From: Dicyema japonicum
Taxonomy: Eukaryota; Animalia; Dicyemida
DNA: 64,000 nucleotides
Assembly (NCBI GenBank): GCA_011109175.1
Contig: RDEW01000013.1
Coordinates: 1,034,181 to 1,098,180 of the forward strand
Reading direction: 5' to 3'
Both the position numbers and the translations under genes were made by a program. Numbering within the stretch: the stretch's first letter is position 1; the number at the start of each line of letters is the position of its first letter. Under the pieces are notes generated by a model. That model ran no database searches. It was not told the origin of the DNA and was given only the letters and a program-made list of their open reading frames with translations. Shown in pieces: positions 9,418 to 22,020 of the stretch.

Positions 9418-11541
9418 AATACAACCCAGTCTGCTGCAGATTATCGACCGATAACCTGCATACCAACCCTGTATAAGCTGATGACCAAATTGGTGGCTAA
9501 TGAGGTCAGGAGCTTTGTAGACGCAAATGGGATTCTCTCCGAGAATCAGTTGGGAACTGTGAGCAATTGTCAGGGGGCAAAAGAGCAGGCATTGATCAAC
9601 AAATGCCTTTCTGTGTCTCACGGAAACTCACTTTTGTCTATGTGGGTGGATGTGAAGAAGGCTTACGATTCAGTTGATCATTCTTACCTTGTCGAGTGCC
9701 TACACAGTCTGTGTATGCCTGTGTGGTTCATCAGCTTTGTAGTGGCTGTGATGAATAGGTGGAGTATTCATCTGAACTATAATAGGCACCGGATAGGCGA
9801 GGTAAAACTCAAGAGGGGGATCCTTCAGGGGGATAGCATGTCTCCGCTACTCTTTGTTCTCTGTTTGGAGCCATTGAGTCGCCGCCTCAATGACCGGTTT
9901 GAGCAAATACCAGTTCATTGTGAAGGGGTCTGTTTCAGTACAAATCACCTTCTTTTTATCGATGACTTGAAGATGTATGCTCGAACAGCCGAGGAGCTCT
10001 ACTCCATGGGGGTCTGTGCCAGGGAATTCTTTGAGAGTATAGGGCTAGATTTGAATTATTCAAAGTCTGCGACTAACACGCAAGTATGTAGCGAGTTAGT
10101 AAGAGTCCTAGAGGAACACGAAGGATATAAGTATCTGGGTGTTACCGAATCTCCAAAGTCCCTTATAATGCCTGAGACAAAGCGACAAATTACTGAAGGC
10201 ATCCGTAAAAGAGCAGCGTTATTGTGTAAGACGTCTCTAAATGCAAGGAATTTGTTCCTAGCATTAAATGAGTATGCTGTCTCGCTGCTAAACTACTACA
10301 TAGGTGTTGTGGAGTTTGAGCCCAAAGAGTATGATGAGATGGATGTTATGATCCGTGGAGTACTCAGAGAGAACCATGTCCATGTGTTGGCAGCCAATAA
10401 GGAGAGACTATATTTACCCCGTGATAAATTCGGCCGTGGACTGTGTGGAGTAGTCCAACTAAGTGAGCGTATCCTAATGCGAATGCACGACACCCTGATA
10501 GCTGGGTCAAGTGTGTCTGCTAGGAAGCACGCCATAATAACGACCGAGAAAACACGGGCAACCCACCTAGGCACTATCAGACCTTTTTTGTCTGCTAAGT
10601 ATGGTGTTGATGATGGTGGGCTAGTAAATGTGAAGGCGTTGATCGAATTACAATATAATAATTTGATGGAAAAGATCAACTTAAAAAGCCTTCATAAGGT
10701 CCTCTTCAGAGCATTGGACAACCCACATGTCGACCTTAAGTCGTCGACAATATGGCTAAAATACGGTGACAACTCACCTCGATCGGAGGCGTTGTACACG
10801 TATATGCAAGACCGCAATATTTTTTGGGGTCGATCAACAAATACATGTCCCCACTGTAAGTCAAGGAGCATGTCGGTTGATCATTTAGCCACTCGATGTG
10901 GATCCATGCTCTGCCACGACTATGTGTGGAGGCACAACGAGGTAGTAAGGAGTCTTCATCTTCTACTATGCAATAAGTATGGTATTCGCCACACCAGAAA
11001 GTTGCGGACTCATAAGGTGCAATCTGTAGTAGAGAACACCAGGGTCCAAATTAAGGTAGACAGTGTTATCCGTACCTCGGTGCTAGTCAAGCACAATAAA
11101 CCGGACATTGTGGTACACGATAAGGAGTCTGGCCAAGTCCTTATCATAGAGGTTGGCATCACGTCTCAAGACCGTTTGCAGACTGTGGAGGTGGAGAAAA
11201 AAAGGAAGTATGACTTTCTTGCAAACGAGATGGGGCAGATGCTTGGTTGCAAGGTCCTCGTTATTCCAATAGTAATGACGTGGGAAGGAATTGCAACAAA
11301 GTACCACAAGGGTTATCTGAAGCAGTTGGGGGTAGATAGGAAGCTCCAGGCCTATCTACAGTCCACTGTGTTAAAGCGGACCCTAGAAAGCCTGACACTG
11401 GAGTATAGGAGGCAGAGCCCTGAGATGCCATATGGGCAGAGGGTTCAATTAGACAAGCGCTCTCGGAGTTGTTTCAGCAACCAGAATCGAACCTGCCTGA
11501 GGAGGCTGGCGAACAGGCAGGCGAGGAAGGTTGTTGATTAA
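9418..11541 (+). mobile_element. 5'-truncated R4/Dong/NeSL-like non-LTR retrotransposon with uninterrupted RT + zinc knuckle + restriction-like endonuclease frame
   Basis: Frame open from about 9418: DYRPITC, DVKKAYDSV, GILQGDSMSPLLF, FIDD, YKYLG, CPHC...H...C, RHNEVV, KPDIVV...IIEVG...K..KY. Confidence 0.92.
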
Positions 11542-11661
11542 ATATATTAACTTTTTTATTGTTTGTTAAATAAAGTGGGGATTATATTTTTATAATACAA
11601 TATATTTAAAAATCATTTTCGCCCTAATTATTATAAACAAAATATTACCAGGGAAACTAAT

Positions 11662-11949
11662 ATGATTTGTTTCAAAGACACACCATTAAACAAATTGGTG
11701 ACCAAAAACCCCCCATCTACGAATATGTCTATAGAATGTCGTGGAATAGCTCGGAATGCCCACATTGAACAGCCGCTGTCGTCTCAGGGGAATATTCCTT
11801 ACCTTCTCTGGGAACATGCGAGCACTCTGCCCTTCCCATCAGCTAGTCAAGTCCCTTCTTCATACGACAGCAATATTTGGAGAAATTTTGCTGCCAAACA
11901 CGAGGAAATTACCACTGAAGGACCTGTTGATGAGGTTTGTTTAAATTGA
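11662..11949 (+). CDS. Hypothetical 95-aa ORF
   Basis: ATG-initiated ORF after an AT-rich stretch; no recognisable motif. Confidence 0.2.
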   Translation: MICFKDTPLNKLVTKNPPSTNMSIECRGIARNAHIEQPLSSQGNIPYLLWEHASTLPFPSASQVPSSYDSNIWRNFAAKHEEITTEGPVDEVCLN

Positions 11950-12979
11950 TCCTTGATTAGTTCACAGCTATAAACTATCCGATTAAAATCCCCCCTCCTT
12001 CCTACATGGGGACAAACACGTATTTTAAATATCGTGAGTATTCAAAGAAAGGGAAAAAGCTTAACAGTAAATTTAAGAAATTTTATAAGGATTTATTCGA
12101 AGCAAAATCAAACTAATTTTGACATATTTATTTTAACATATTAAAAATATGTCTTTTATTTTTTTTTAAATTTTTCAGTTAAGAGAAAAGTCTTTTTTTC
12201 TTGTGGGCACTTTACGGAGAACACTGCTTTATTGTTGTAGTGGAATCATCGATTGTGGTAACTGAAGACACTAAATATTAGGTAATATTTATTTATTTCT
12301 TCTATTAACCCCAGATACATTGAGGCAGAGGGCAACGACTGAATAGATGCCTCCCCATGGTCCCAGAGATGATCCTTACTGACGTAGATGGAATAAAACG
12401 TCCTGTTTTGGAGTTTGCCAGTCTGTGATCGCTTATTTAACGGAGGACATTTCTTTCTCGTGAACCCAAAAGTATCTATGAGAAGAAACAATTTTTCCCA
12501 ATGGGTAGATTTATTAACGCACGTGGGTTGAGAAAACGAAAACTGATAGAACGAATAGTAAAAAACTCTCAATCTCAAATAATGACGTCACTACAATGTT
12601 ATCTCTAAACATGGAGATTGACAAACAACAAAGTCAAGTGCGAGGAACTTAACAGGGCCTTCCAAAGTTCTCTATGGAAGCCTCTCTATAGAACTGGTCT
12701 TGAGTACAATAAATTCTTTCAAGAGATCTGATAAGTTCAACCAAATTCTTTTAATTAAATATTTGCGCCTGTATCTCATAGGAATATCAAGTCTATCTTA
12801 GCGCAATAAGCCGAAAGATCCACAGTACCATGTTTAGCTTTCCTGAAGTCTCAATAACCCCACTACTCCAAAGTTTTCAGGAAGCTGGAGAGACTAATAA
12901 CTAGGGAAATTATTTCCTATAAAATTAATTTAATAAAATATTAAACCCGTGTAAAATTATTTTAATAAAATATCAACAT

Positions 12980-13150
12980 TTTCATCAAGTTCCCTCGGAG
13001 TATGGCCATTCCAATCTTTTGTCTTAGCCTCTTCTCGTTGATCCCTTTTCTTTTTGGCAAGCATTCCTCCGAGTTCTCGCAAGAAATCAGCCGTCATTGG
13101 ACCAACGGCAATGCAGATTTTACGATCCTCCTCATTGAATCTATGCAATT
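12980..13150 (-). mobile_element. CRE-clade 3' fragment
   Basis: AVGPMTADFLRELGGMLAKKKRDQRE. Confidence 0.85.
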
Positions 13151-13270
13151 GAGGAGACCGCAATAAGGATAATTGGACCAGAACACAAAATCCAGCCCAT
13201 TGAAAATCTCTGAATCGAATTACAGCGGAAACTCTTAAAGGAGGCTAGTTTACCGAGGTGCCCTCTATTC
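13150..13270 (+). mobile_element. Tc1/mariner transposase relic
   Basis: ..QPIENL*IELQRKL resembles the DLNPIENLW motif. Confidence 0.45.
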
Positions 13271-13729
13271 CATACACTATCGAATTATTTATAACCATAC
13301 AGAAATTTTGTCATGTCCAATGAGAAGAGCTGTTCAGGATTCTTGACCCCGCCGAACTCGTCCTCTCCTTTGTCGGTCTGGGATCACTTAGTTAGATGAG
13401 AACTTTATTATTTTCTCTTTGACCCAGTGATCCTAGGGGTAATAATGATATAAATCATTTATCCACGTGCTTTTTGTGATAAAAAATTAAACCGACGTAT
13501 AAAAAAGTTAAGGGACGAGATAAAAATTTGCTTTAATAATTTAGAAAATTTAAAAATTTTTGATAAGCGGAAATTTGAGACTAAGTTTGTCAATTACGGA
13601 AGCTGACATAAAAGGATTGACAAATTCTCAACACGCACAAGGCAGTCACTGAAATTGTTTTTATAGACAAAAAAGTTTTGTTTGTGAATAACTTTTTAAT
13701 TTTAAAAATAATCAGTAATATAGCGCTAT

Positions 13730-13870
13730 GCGACCGATTTGCGTTCTATCTCATTTTGGTCGAGACAACTGGAAGAATACGAGGGTTATCGATACGCTTC
13801 CTAAGGAAATTTGGACACCTAGTTACACTAAAAGGCCACGACGCACGTGAGACCCAGTGGCCTCTCCTAA
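13730..13870 (+). mobile_element. Diverged CRE-clade endonuclease C-terminal relic
   Basis: LCDRFAFYLILVETTGRIRGLSIRFLRKFG...RETQW aligns to LGDRYRFTPVATESSGAVGPMTAEFLQELG...REGLW. Confidence 0.55.
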
Positions 13871-14199
13871 AGTATAAATCGCTCGCCTACAATGTGGAAA
13901 TAGTCCATTTTGGTAAAAAGAAGTTAGAAGACCACCGGTACTCGACGTGAAAGCTGACATGTTAGAACTCTATTTATTGAGTAAATCAAAAAATCTCTAT
14001 CTTCGATTGTCGGATTTCCATCGATATTGGTTGTGAGTCACATACTTTGTATAACTTTCGTTATTGATCTTTATATATCGTAATTATTATTATTAATAAG
14101 CCGATTTTTGTCAATATAGTCAAAAATTGATATTTTTTAAAATTGTTTAATAATCACTAAAATGTAGTTTTCAATCAAATATCCAAGATAGTGCGGTTT

Positions 14200-14930
14200 A
14201 CATAAGCGACTACTTTGTCCATGGAAGTATTGCCATCCAGGTACTGCAGTAGGTTGTCAGTAAGTGTACGGTAAACTCTCCAGTCTGCGCGTCTGTAGTG
14301 AATTGTTCTGTCCTAGTAAACGTCACTCTCTTGATCTTCAAAAGGATGGCATTGTGGTCACTTCTTGAGTTGTAAGTGACTGACCAGGTCGATATTCTCG
14401 CCAGGCAGGGAGAACAAAGCGTGATGTCTGGAGAAGTTAGAGGGTGTTTAGCGTTGACACGTCATTCAAGATCACGTCCTCGTTCAAGACCACCAATGAT
14501 CACGTCGTTCAAGAAAGCCAAAGTGGATTAATTAGGAATATTGTAGAGCTTCGGGTAAGAACCAGGTGGGGGACATAGATGTTCACAAGGGTAATTTTTC
14601 CATTTGTTGTTTCTAGTGGGATTGCATTGACTTCAGTAACATCGTCGTCTCCCAAGATGTACTTCGCCAATGAAGTGATGTTTACACATTTAATGTCTTT
14701 CCGATATAAACGAGTAGGCCACCACCCTGCTTCCTCCGGTCAGTTCGCATTGACTTGTATCCAGGGAACATCGGGATTGGACTGTTTATAGGCAGTTTCG
14801 TGTCTTGAATCAAAGCCACGTCTATCTTCAGCTCCGCCAAGAGAGAGCGCAGTTCCAATATTTTGCCCCTCACTCCACTGACATTTAGTTGTAGAACCGT
14901 GGTCCGTTTCTTGCGGTGGACTAGCGGTTC
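14200..14930 (-). mobile_element. APE-endonuclease region of a degenerate LINE
   Basis: VLQLNV.GVRGK...DVALIQDT...GGGLLVYI...ITLVNIYVP...PDITL...SDHNAI. Confidence 0.8.
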
Positions 14931-15149
14931 CTTCCGGGTAGACGAGGTTGAAAGTGCGTGCCGCCGGGAGACATTGTCATAATGGTTATAACAAAAAAAT
15001 GTTATTAGTTATCCTCTTCCATTCTCCATGGTTACACGCAATCGATCTTAGCTCGTCCGATTAACGGGTACGAAATAAATCAGAAAAACGAAATTACTTA
15101 AAAAAAGGCTTTGGAAGATAAACTCTAAACACGGAAGATATTATAGTAT

Positions 15150-15690
15150 GGAAGGATGCGACTCAGTGGACATCTCGTGGAAAGATGGAGAGTGGCTGGG
15201 ACAAGGACTTCGATTTTTTTCCTTAAAGAATTGCTAACACGAAACGATTCTATTTTATTGGCCGCCGATTCGGAATTCGTGTCCGTTGATGTACAATGTG
15301 GAGGGATATGGATAAGCGTGGGAGGATTATACTTTAAGGACTTGGCCCGATCTTCTGCGAGAATTGTTGAGTTTTTCGAAAAAAAAACCCAATGTCGATC
15401 TTGGTAGGAGACCTGAATGCTAAGAATACGAGTTACGGATGCTGCAAAAAAGACGGGGATGGTCGACTCCAAGCAGATCTGGTTAGCGAGATTGGAGTTG
15501 AAGTCTTGACGTCTGAAGAACCTAACCATTTCTCACACTATGTCTGTGATATGCTGGGATTGGTTCTAGTGTCTACACAACTTCTAGACCATGTGGACAG
15601 ACCGAGAACACTAGGATATAGGGAGCGATCATATCCCACAGGAGGTGATTATAAATCTGGAACCGAATATTGTTGAAGATATTTTCATAA
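15150..15690 (+). mobile_element. APE-endonuclease fragment of the same LINE family as 59956-62249
   Basis: EFVSVDVQCGGIWI...SILVGDLNAKN...PNHFSHY...DMLG, homologous to 61760-62224. Confidence 0.8.
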
Positions 15691-15905
15691 ATTATGATAA
15701 CTCGTCGATAGACTGGGACAGGGCAATTTAAGTGCTAAAATGCGATTTTTATTTTTATACTTTTTTTAATATAAAATTGAATTTGGAATAATTATTTGTT
15801 AATTTTGTTAAAAAAACATACATTATAAATGCTATAAGTGCTATTTTTAATTTTAAATGCTAATTTTTTTTAAATGTTAATTTAAATTGCATTTAAAAAA
15901 TCATT

Positions 15906-16335
15906 TTAATGCCACCCATAAAATGATAAGTTGTTCAGATATTTTCCAAATTGGACCCACACCAATTGATCCCTACATTCGAATCGGGATCTACACGGGA
16001 CTTTGTTAACCACATCATATGTCCCTGCAGGACGGTTTGGGACCACCGTGGAATAACATACTGGGGAAAGGACCTACAAAGGGAGAACTATCTGGAGATG
16101 GGCGTACTGGATTTGTACCTACAACGTTCTGGAGATAAATTAGTAATTGGATAAATAGCAAGGATAAGGGGTACCTGAAGGAACAGTCCAGGCCAACCGG
16201 CGGAATGATAATAAAATAATTTAGCACGCTATGTAGTATTTTTAGTGATGCCAAACCCAAGTGTTCATTGTTTAAGAAAGCTAAGCGTATAGTCTCGGAA
16301 TTCAAAGATGAGTTCTGAATCGCTGACGATGGCAT
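15906..16335 (-). CDS. Candidate spliced host gene, unknown product
   Basis: ATG at 16335. Removing the GT-AG segment 16107-16074 (34 nt) joins the ORF to an open exon ending ...LNNLSFYGWH*. No family recognised. Confidence 0.25.
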
Positions 16336-16479
16336 TTTATTTTGTTATCTTTGTTTATCCAAAGTCAACTATTCACAAAATTTTCAGTTGATTTTTCCTT
16401 AAAACATCAGAACAATCTGCGTATAAATTTGTTAGTGCAATTGTGGGTCATTCATGTAATTCAGTTCAAACAAACATAA

Positions 16480-17160
16480 CTGAATCAATCAAAGTAGATT
16501 CGGTTAATGAAACCATCACGGAAGCTTTTTTACAAGCAAACATCCCGCTGTACAAAATAAATAATGATTTGATCAAAAAAAATGTTTAAAACATTTAAAA
16601 TTAACATTTCGCCTGAATTTTCATGCAGAACTACGGTTAAGTTTCTTTCAGAAAAAAGATAAATGAGTTGACAAAATTATCAACGTTTTATAATTTATTT
16701 TTAACTTTTAGAAAACGAAAAGATTTTTATAATAATTGACAAACAGATATCCGAAGGAAAAGTTTTTTAGTGATTCTAATTGGGAGCATTCGCTTTCCAA
16801 CAAAATCCTATTTGGTTGAATGCAAACCACTGGAAAATCATGCCACTGCTGCTATCATCTGCCAATTGATAGATGACGTCATTAGAGAAATGAAGATTAT
16901 TCGTGACAATTTTTATCTATTAATTTCAAATGCCGTTCCTTAAATGATTTCTGGTGACATAAATTTATCTAAATAAATAGGTGGTAAAACATTAATGGTC
17001 ATAACAACATGCATGATGTGACGTGTGTTCCTCATTTGTTACACAATACGATTTCGAGTATAAAGTGTGCATATCCAGAAATAAATGGCTTAATTGCAAG
17101 CATTAAAGCTGCCACAGTAATAAACCGAAAACGTCGTAATTTGTTCAAGGATGTTGGATA
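16480..17160 (+). mobile_element. hAT-related (CGGBP1/DUF659-like) transposase pseudogene, truncated by cassette copy 3
   Basis: EAFLQANIPLYKIN...KIFIIID...VILIG...KSYLVECK...IICQLIDDVIR...NFYLLIS. Confidence 0.7.
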
Positions 17161-17161
17161 C

Positions 17162-20100
17162 CATAGTCTTTCTTTTTCCTGATTACAGATGATCCAATGC
17201 ATTCTACGAACTTCCTTATTTAGTTGCCAGATTATTACTGGAAGAACAGTTAATTTTAACTAATTGTAGAACCAAGGAATGATCTTCACTTCTTTTTTTC
17301 TTTTTCTTGTGTGAGTGTCCTTTCTAAACAATCCAGCTCGGCAGTGAGTATCCACTGATGACGGCGTCACTCGTCAAACCCTTTCTGCATCGTAGATGCG
17401 TGGAACCTTCAGCAGGTAAACAGCAGCGAGATTCGAATTCAAAATTGAAGAAGGTCAAAATTGAAAAAGGTAAAGATTCAAAATTTGAAGAAGGTAAAGA
17501 CAAAAAATACTTAGATGAAGTAAATAACAGTTCGAATAGAACTTACGTGGTATAATGTCTATAGACTTTAATTAAACTATAAATGGAAAGTTTTTTTAAT
17601 TTTTTAACTTTTTAATGGCGAACCTAAATTTTTAAAAAACTAATAAAATTATATAAAACGATGTACGCTGCGATTTTCTGTGTTTTATTTCTAAAAGTCA
17701 ATTCTTCTCCTAGTAATGATGAAATAGAAATTAATAATTGTGGTACTAAAATATTAAAAATATAAACTTAGATGGAAGTACTAGCGAAGCCAAAATTATT
17801 AAAAGATTGAATATAAGATGCAATGGTTATATAACAATAACTACATTACATTTCACACCAAGTAATTTGTGAGTTTTATTAGATTTGACTACAACTTCTT
17901 TAAGAGGAGATTATACTGTTATTCGTGGGAGCAGGTGTTCTTCCGATCAAGCCCTAAATATGAGGGAAATATATTTAAATATGAATGTGGGAGTTGTTTT
18001 GATCAATGGGATCCCATCTGAGCTTCAATTAAATAATAAACAAATATCGAGGAAAGACTGGTTGTTTGTTTGAACAATTATAGAATCACTGCTTGGACTT
18101 AAAATTCAAATTCAAGGACCGTAATGGTAATTCCATCATTTGTGTTATTTTCCCGGTTTCGTTACTACGACCTGTTTGTTAGTTCTCGATATTCACTTTG
18201 GGGTTAAATTGAGTTTTGTGTTGACTAACTGTCAATTTAATTTAAATTAAGGAAATTAGGATTTTTAATTGAGTATCTTATATATGTCTCCATAAAGCTT
18301 GAACTCCCTATTTCTCCTGTTTGAAAAACTCATACAAAATCTACGAATCCCCCGCGATAACTTCAACTAAGCTTTAATGATTAAGTAAATTTGACTGTGA
18401 ATTCAGAAATATTTGATAAAAATTTCCGCCTTTTTTTTAAATCTCAAAAATGTGCCACTGAAATATCTTCCTGAAAATCATTATAAGTGACTTATTTAAA
18501 GACTAAAGAAAACCTTTATTGAATTAATTCTGTATTGTCTATAACTAACAAACTCTTTCTATTTTAACGATGATGATCTCCAAATGCTAGAAACACTCAA
18601 ATAGCTTAGATAATGTTCAAAATCACCTAAGCATTCTGTCTGACTTTCTCCACCTGTCGAAGTATAATAGACCGATAGAAAAGCAACACAGTCTTTCTAA
18701 TCCCAACTAACCTATTTCTATTCCTGGACAAACCGAAAAAAACTACTGATAATCTGAAAAATTGATTTTGTTATGATATCGAGTTTGATAGGAAAACGTC
18801 ATAAATAATCACAAAATAGATTTGTCAGTAACTCTCTTATCAGTATATAAATAATAATGTCAATTTCATGGAATTTTGCTCTTAGATATGTGGCGTTACT
18901 GTTTTTAAAAATTTTGTGAACACAAAAGTTTCCTTGAACAGTATAACTGATTCTTTTGTTATACTGTGAATTCCTTTTCGAACACCATCTTATCAGTTAG
19001 TTATATGTATAACGATTTTTGAATCATAAATCCAAATTTTGACCTAATTGACTTTATGTAGATTTTATGTTGTCTCAGGAAAGCCTATGCCTTCCGTCGT
19101 AGGTAAAGGTTTTTTTCCTTTCCTACATTAGTGATGGTTTCTATAATTGTAGATATCGATCGATTGTTTGATAATGACACATCTTACTCAGATCGTGGGA
19201 ACAGGATACAATCTATTTATTTATTAACCCCAAGCTTATAATCTTTGTTAACACAACACAAACAGTCGTGAATAACTGATCCAACGAGAACGTCTTTTTG
19301 CGACGACCAAATCCATCTGCTTGTGTTGAACAGAGCAAAACATTAATTTTTGCTGATGAAGACTTAGCCAATTGTTGGAAGGGTATTGAGGTGTGTAAGG
19401 TTGAATAACCTCTTTTGAATCCATGTAGCGAGGATAAAAATGGAAGAGACGGGGTTTAAAATTAAGAATCAGTTTTTCCAATAATTTTGAGTGCATAGTA
19501 AAGAGATTTGTCGAAATGATGCAGGATTATTCTTAGGCTTCCCAGGCTTAAGGATAGGGCGTATATAGGACAGTTTCCAGATAGGTGGAATTGTATTCAT
19601 GTTTATTGAATTGTAGAAAATCACTGTGATTGCATCAATTGCAATGGGTCTATGGTGTTTTAGTAAGATAACAGAGATAGAATCAGGCCCACGTGAGAGG
19701 GAAGAATTCATCCACTTCAAACCCTCACTGTCATCTGAGCGTGAGATAAAGTCGATCGGCTGGATTCTCTTCCGTCTATTGAGGACAAAGAAGGCCCATC
19801 TATTTTCCTGAAAGTTTTGTGGCTTATACTGGCGTAATATTTCATAAGTATGTTGAGACTGTGCTGATCCTTCTGCTGTTTTGTGTTGAAATGTCATTTT
19901 GGGCCGAATTGTTTAATTACTCTCCATACTGTCTGAGCGGATTTCTAAAATGGAAGGGACGATACTAGTTTGCAATGTTAGTCGGCTTCAGCTCTTTAAT
20001 TATTTTTGATATTTCGTCATTGAGAGTTTTTGTTTGACTTTTTCTGTCCGAGAAAGGAAGGTACTGTGTTGAAGAACTGTTTTGATGCGAATAATGATTG

Positions 20101-20772
20101 TGGTCTGAAGATAATCCATAATGTACCGTACAAGATTTGTCGGTGCATGATTTTGAGAGCAGAAGGTAATGTCCGAAGACATTGATGAAAAAGTCCAATT
20201 GTGCTTCCTGGAGACTGGCAAATGTTTATGAGAGAGGTCTGTGCACAACAATTAATCACCTCGTTGAAATCTAAAAACGGTATTAAGAATTCGAAGAAGT
20301 TTTTGAGGCATACTCACCTGATCATATTTACAATTTGGATGATACATGAATTCCATCCAGAAGTATATGTAATCCCCATTTATCCAGAAGTATATGTAAA
20401 TCCCCATTTATGTATATAAAAATTTAAAAAAAATAAAAATTTAAAAAAAATAAAAATTTTAAAGATAGAGTTTTTGTGTACAAAATGTACAAGTCAAGTC
20501 ACTATTAATAAGAAAAGCAAAGATTGATGTTTTAAAAAAATATGGTTGTAGTGAGCAGCTTTTTGAGTCTCTATTAAAAATGGTAAACCTCACTCCAGGA
20601 CGAACGACAATGAACTGATTTGGACCTAATAAACCATACTTCCCGCAAGTCTCTTCCCTTCCCTGTTCGATAACCCGTAACCTAGGTCACAGTAGCTCGA
20701 CACCTACCACTATGCCATCCGGAAAATAATTGTCTTGAATAAAAAAATCATATTCATTATATTTCGTTTAAT
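17162..20772 (-). repeat. ML-gene cassette copy 3 (inverted relative to copy 1)
   Basis: Near-identical to 30857-34424. SINE body at 17242-17437 and SINE head at 20672-20722 bracket the cargo 17438-20665. Confidence 0.92.
17661..18182 (+). pseudogene. ML-domain protein copy 3 (frameshifted as assembled)
   Basis: Same introns. Exon 3 has -1, -2 and -1 contractions of short runs relative to copy 4, which could be sequencing errors. Confidence 0.7.
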
Positions 20773-21097
20773 TTATGATAATGTTCATAATTATAATCGA
20801 ACAACTCATCCTTAATCTAAGGATTAACGCACATGTAATCAATACTGTTATTTTAAATATATAATATTTTGATTTTTCCACTTAGTACTCCTCGGATTAT
20901 ATCATTTTTAATTAAAATCCAAATTAGCATATTTGGGTCATTATTTGGGTTACAGTCATTTGCTAAGTAAATTTTAATTAAGGAGATATGAATCTAATAA
21001 AGGAATTTTTTCTCCGTCAAGCCGAACCTTATGTGTAGATGGCTTGACCGCTCAGCTGGAATCTCATACTCAGAATTTAGAGATGCATCATCGAAAA

Positions 21098-21415
21098 CCC
21101 GGGTGGCATAGTGGTTAGGTGTCGGGCTAGTGTGACTTAGGTTATGGGTTCGATTCTCGCTGCTGTTCACCTGGTGGAAGGTTCTACGCATACGATGCTA
21201 AAAAGCTTGACGAGTGACGCCGTCATCAGTGGATATTCACTGCAAAATTGGATAGCTTAAAAAAACCCACACACAAGAAAAAGAAAAAAACAAATGAAGA
21301 CCATTTCTTGGTTCTACGATTTGTTAAAATTAACTGTTCTACTGTAAATAAAGTGTGTGTCCTGCCTATGCGGAGCTAATACCACGGCTCCGTCAAAAAG
21401 GCTGTTATTATTATT
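21098..21415 (+). mobile_element. tRNA-derived SINE, full length, with 11-bp TSD
   Basis: A box TGGCATAGTGG, B box GGTTCGATTC, hairpin CGGAGC/GCTCCG (21371-21392), (TTA)n tail. ATCATCGAAAA duplicated at 21087-21097 and 21416-21426. Confidence 0.92.
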
Positions 21416-21539
21416 ATCATCGAAAAATTGACTCATCAAGTAAGTTAATATAAAGTATACAAACCTAATTAGAATATTGGGGAAAGTAATGCGAAACACT
21501 AGGGCTTGCCAACCAATTCTACCTTAAATTCTCGTAAGA

Positions 21540-22020
21540 AATCACAAAACACAGGGTTTTCGAGAAGACAAATCAAGAGACTTAGTGTATTGTAAAAAAC
21601 GACATTCTATGGTCTTTAGAGCATCAAAGTGGTTATGTTCGAGAACAGAACATGTAGGACAAATATTGGGATACAATCTGGTAATATACGTGGTTAAATA
21701 TATTGTAAATTGTTGGAGAAGTCTAGATTGAATATTGAAGATGCTATTTATGTGTTTTATGTGGAGTTCTAAAATTGTGAAGCAGAAAATCGCCAAAAAC
21801 AATCCTGGCTGATGTTCAACTATAACAGTACAGTGAAAATGTTTGAAATAGATGCCAACATACGATTCCCCAACCTGCACCCATCGGCCTTCAAACTGTT
21901 TCAATTCGCCCCGTCTTTCATACGCCTTTCAAACTTTTTCAACACCAACAGAGACGCTAACCATTGGCTATCCTCTGTCGCATTCAATTCACTAAATCGG
22001 TCTACTCTTCGCATGGTGGA
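21540..22020 (-). mobile_element. LINE ORF2 C-terminal relic
   Basis: ..IQSRLL...RLYPNICPTCSVLEH.. resembles the terminal Cys/His region of APE-type LINEs. Confidence 0.45.

Noticed and set aside
10296-10679. Antisense ORFs in the track (e.g. 10296-10679, 11083-11307, 57439-57723, 61926-62270)
   Set aside because: Shadows of real retrotransposon ORFs on the opposite strand, with no motifs of their own.
17438-20665. Helitron or LTR origin of the ML cassette
   Set aside because: No TC...CTRR ends with subterminal hairpin, no TG...CA LTRs and no TIRs were found at the junctions.
21098-21170. tRNA gene
   Set aside because: A and B boxes are present, but there is no complete cloverleaf or acceptor stem; it continues into a SINE body with tail and TSD.
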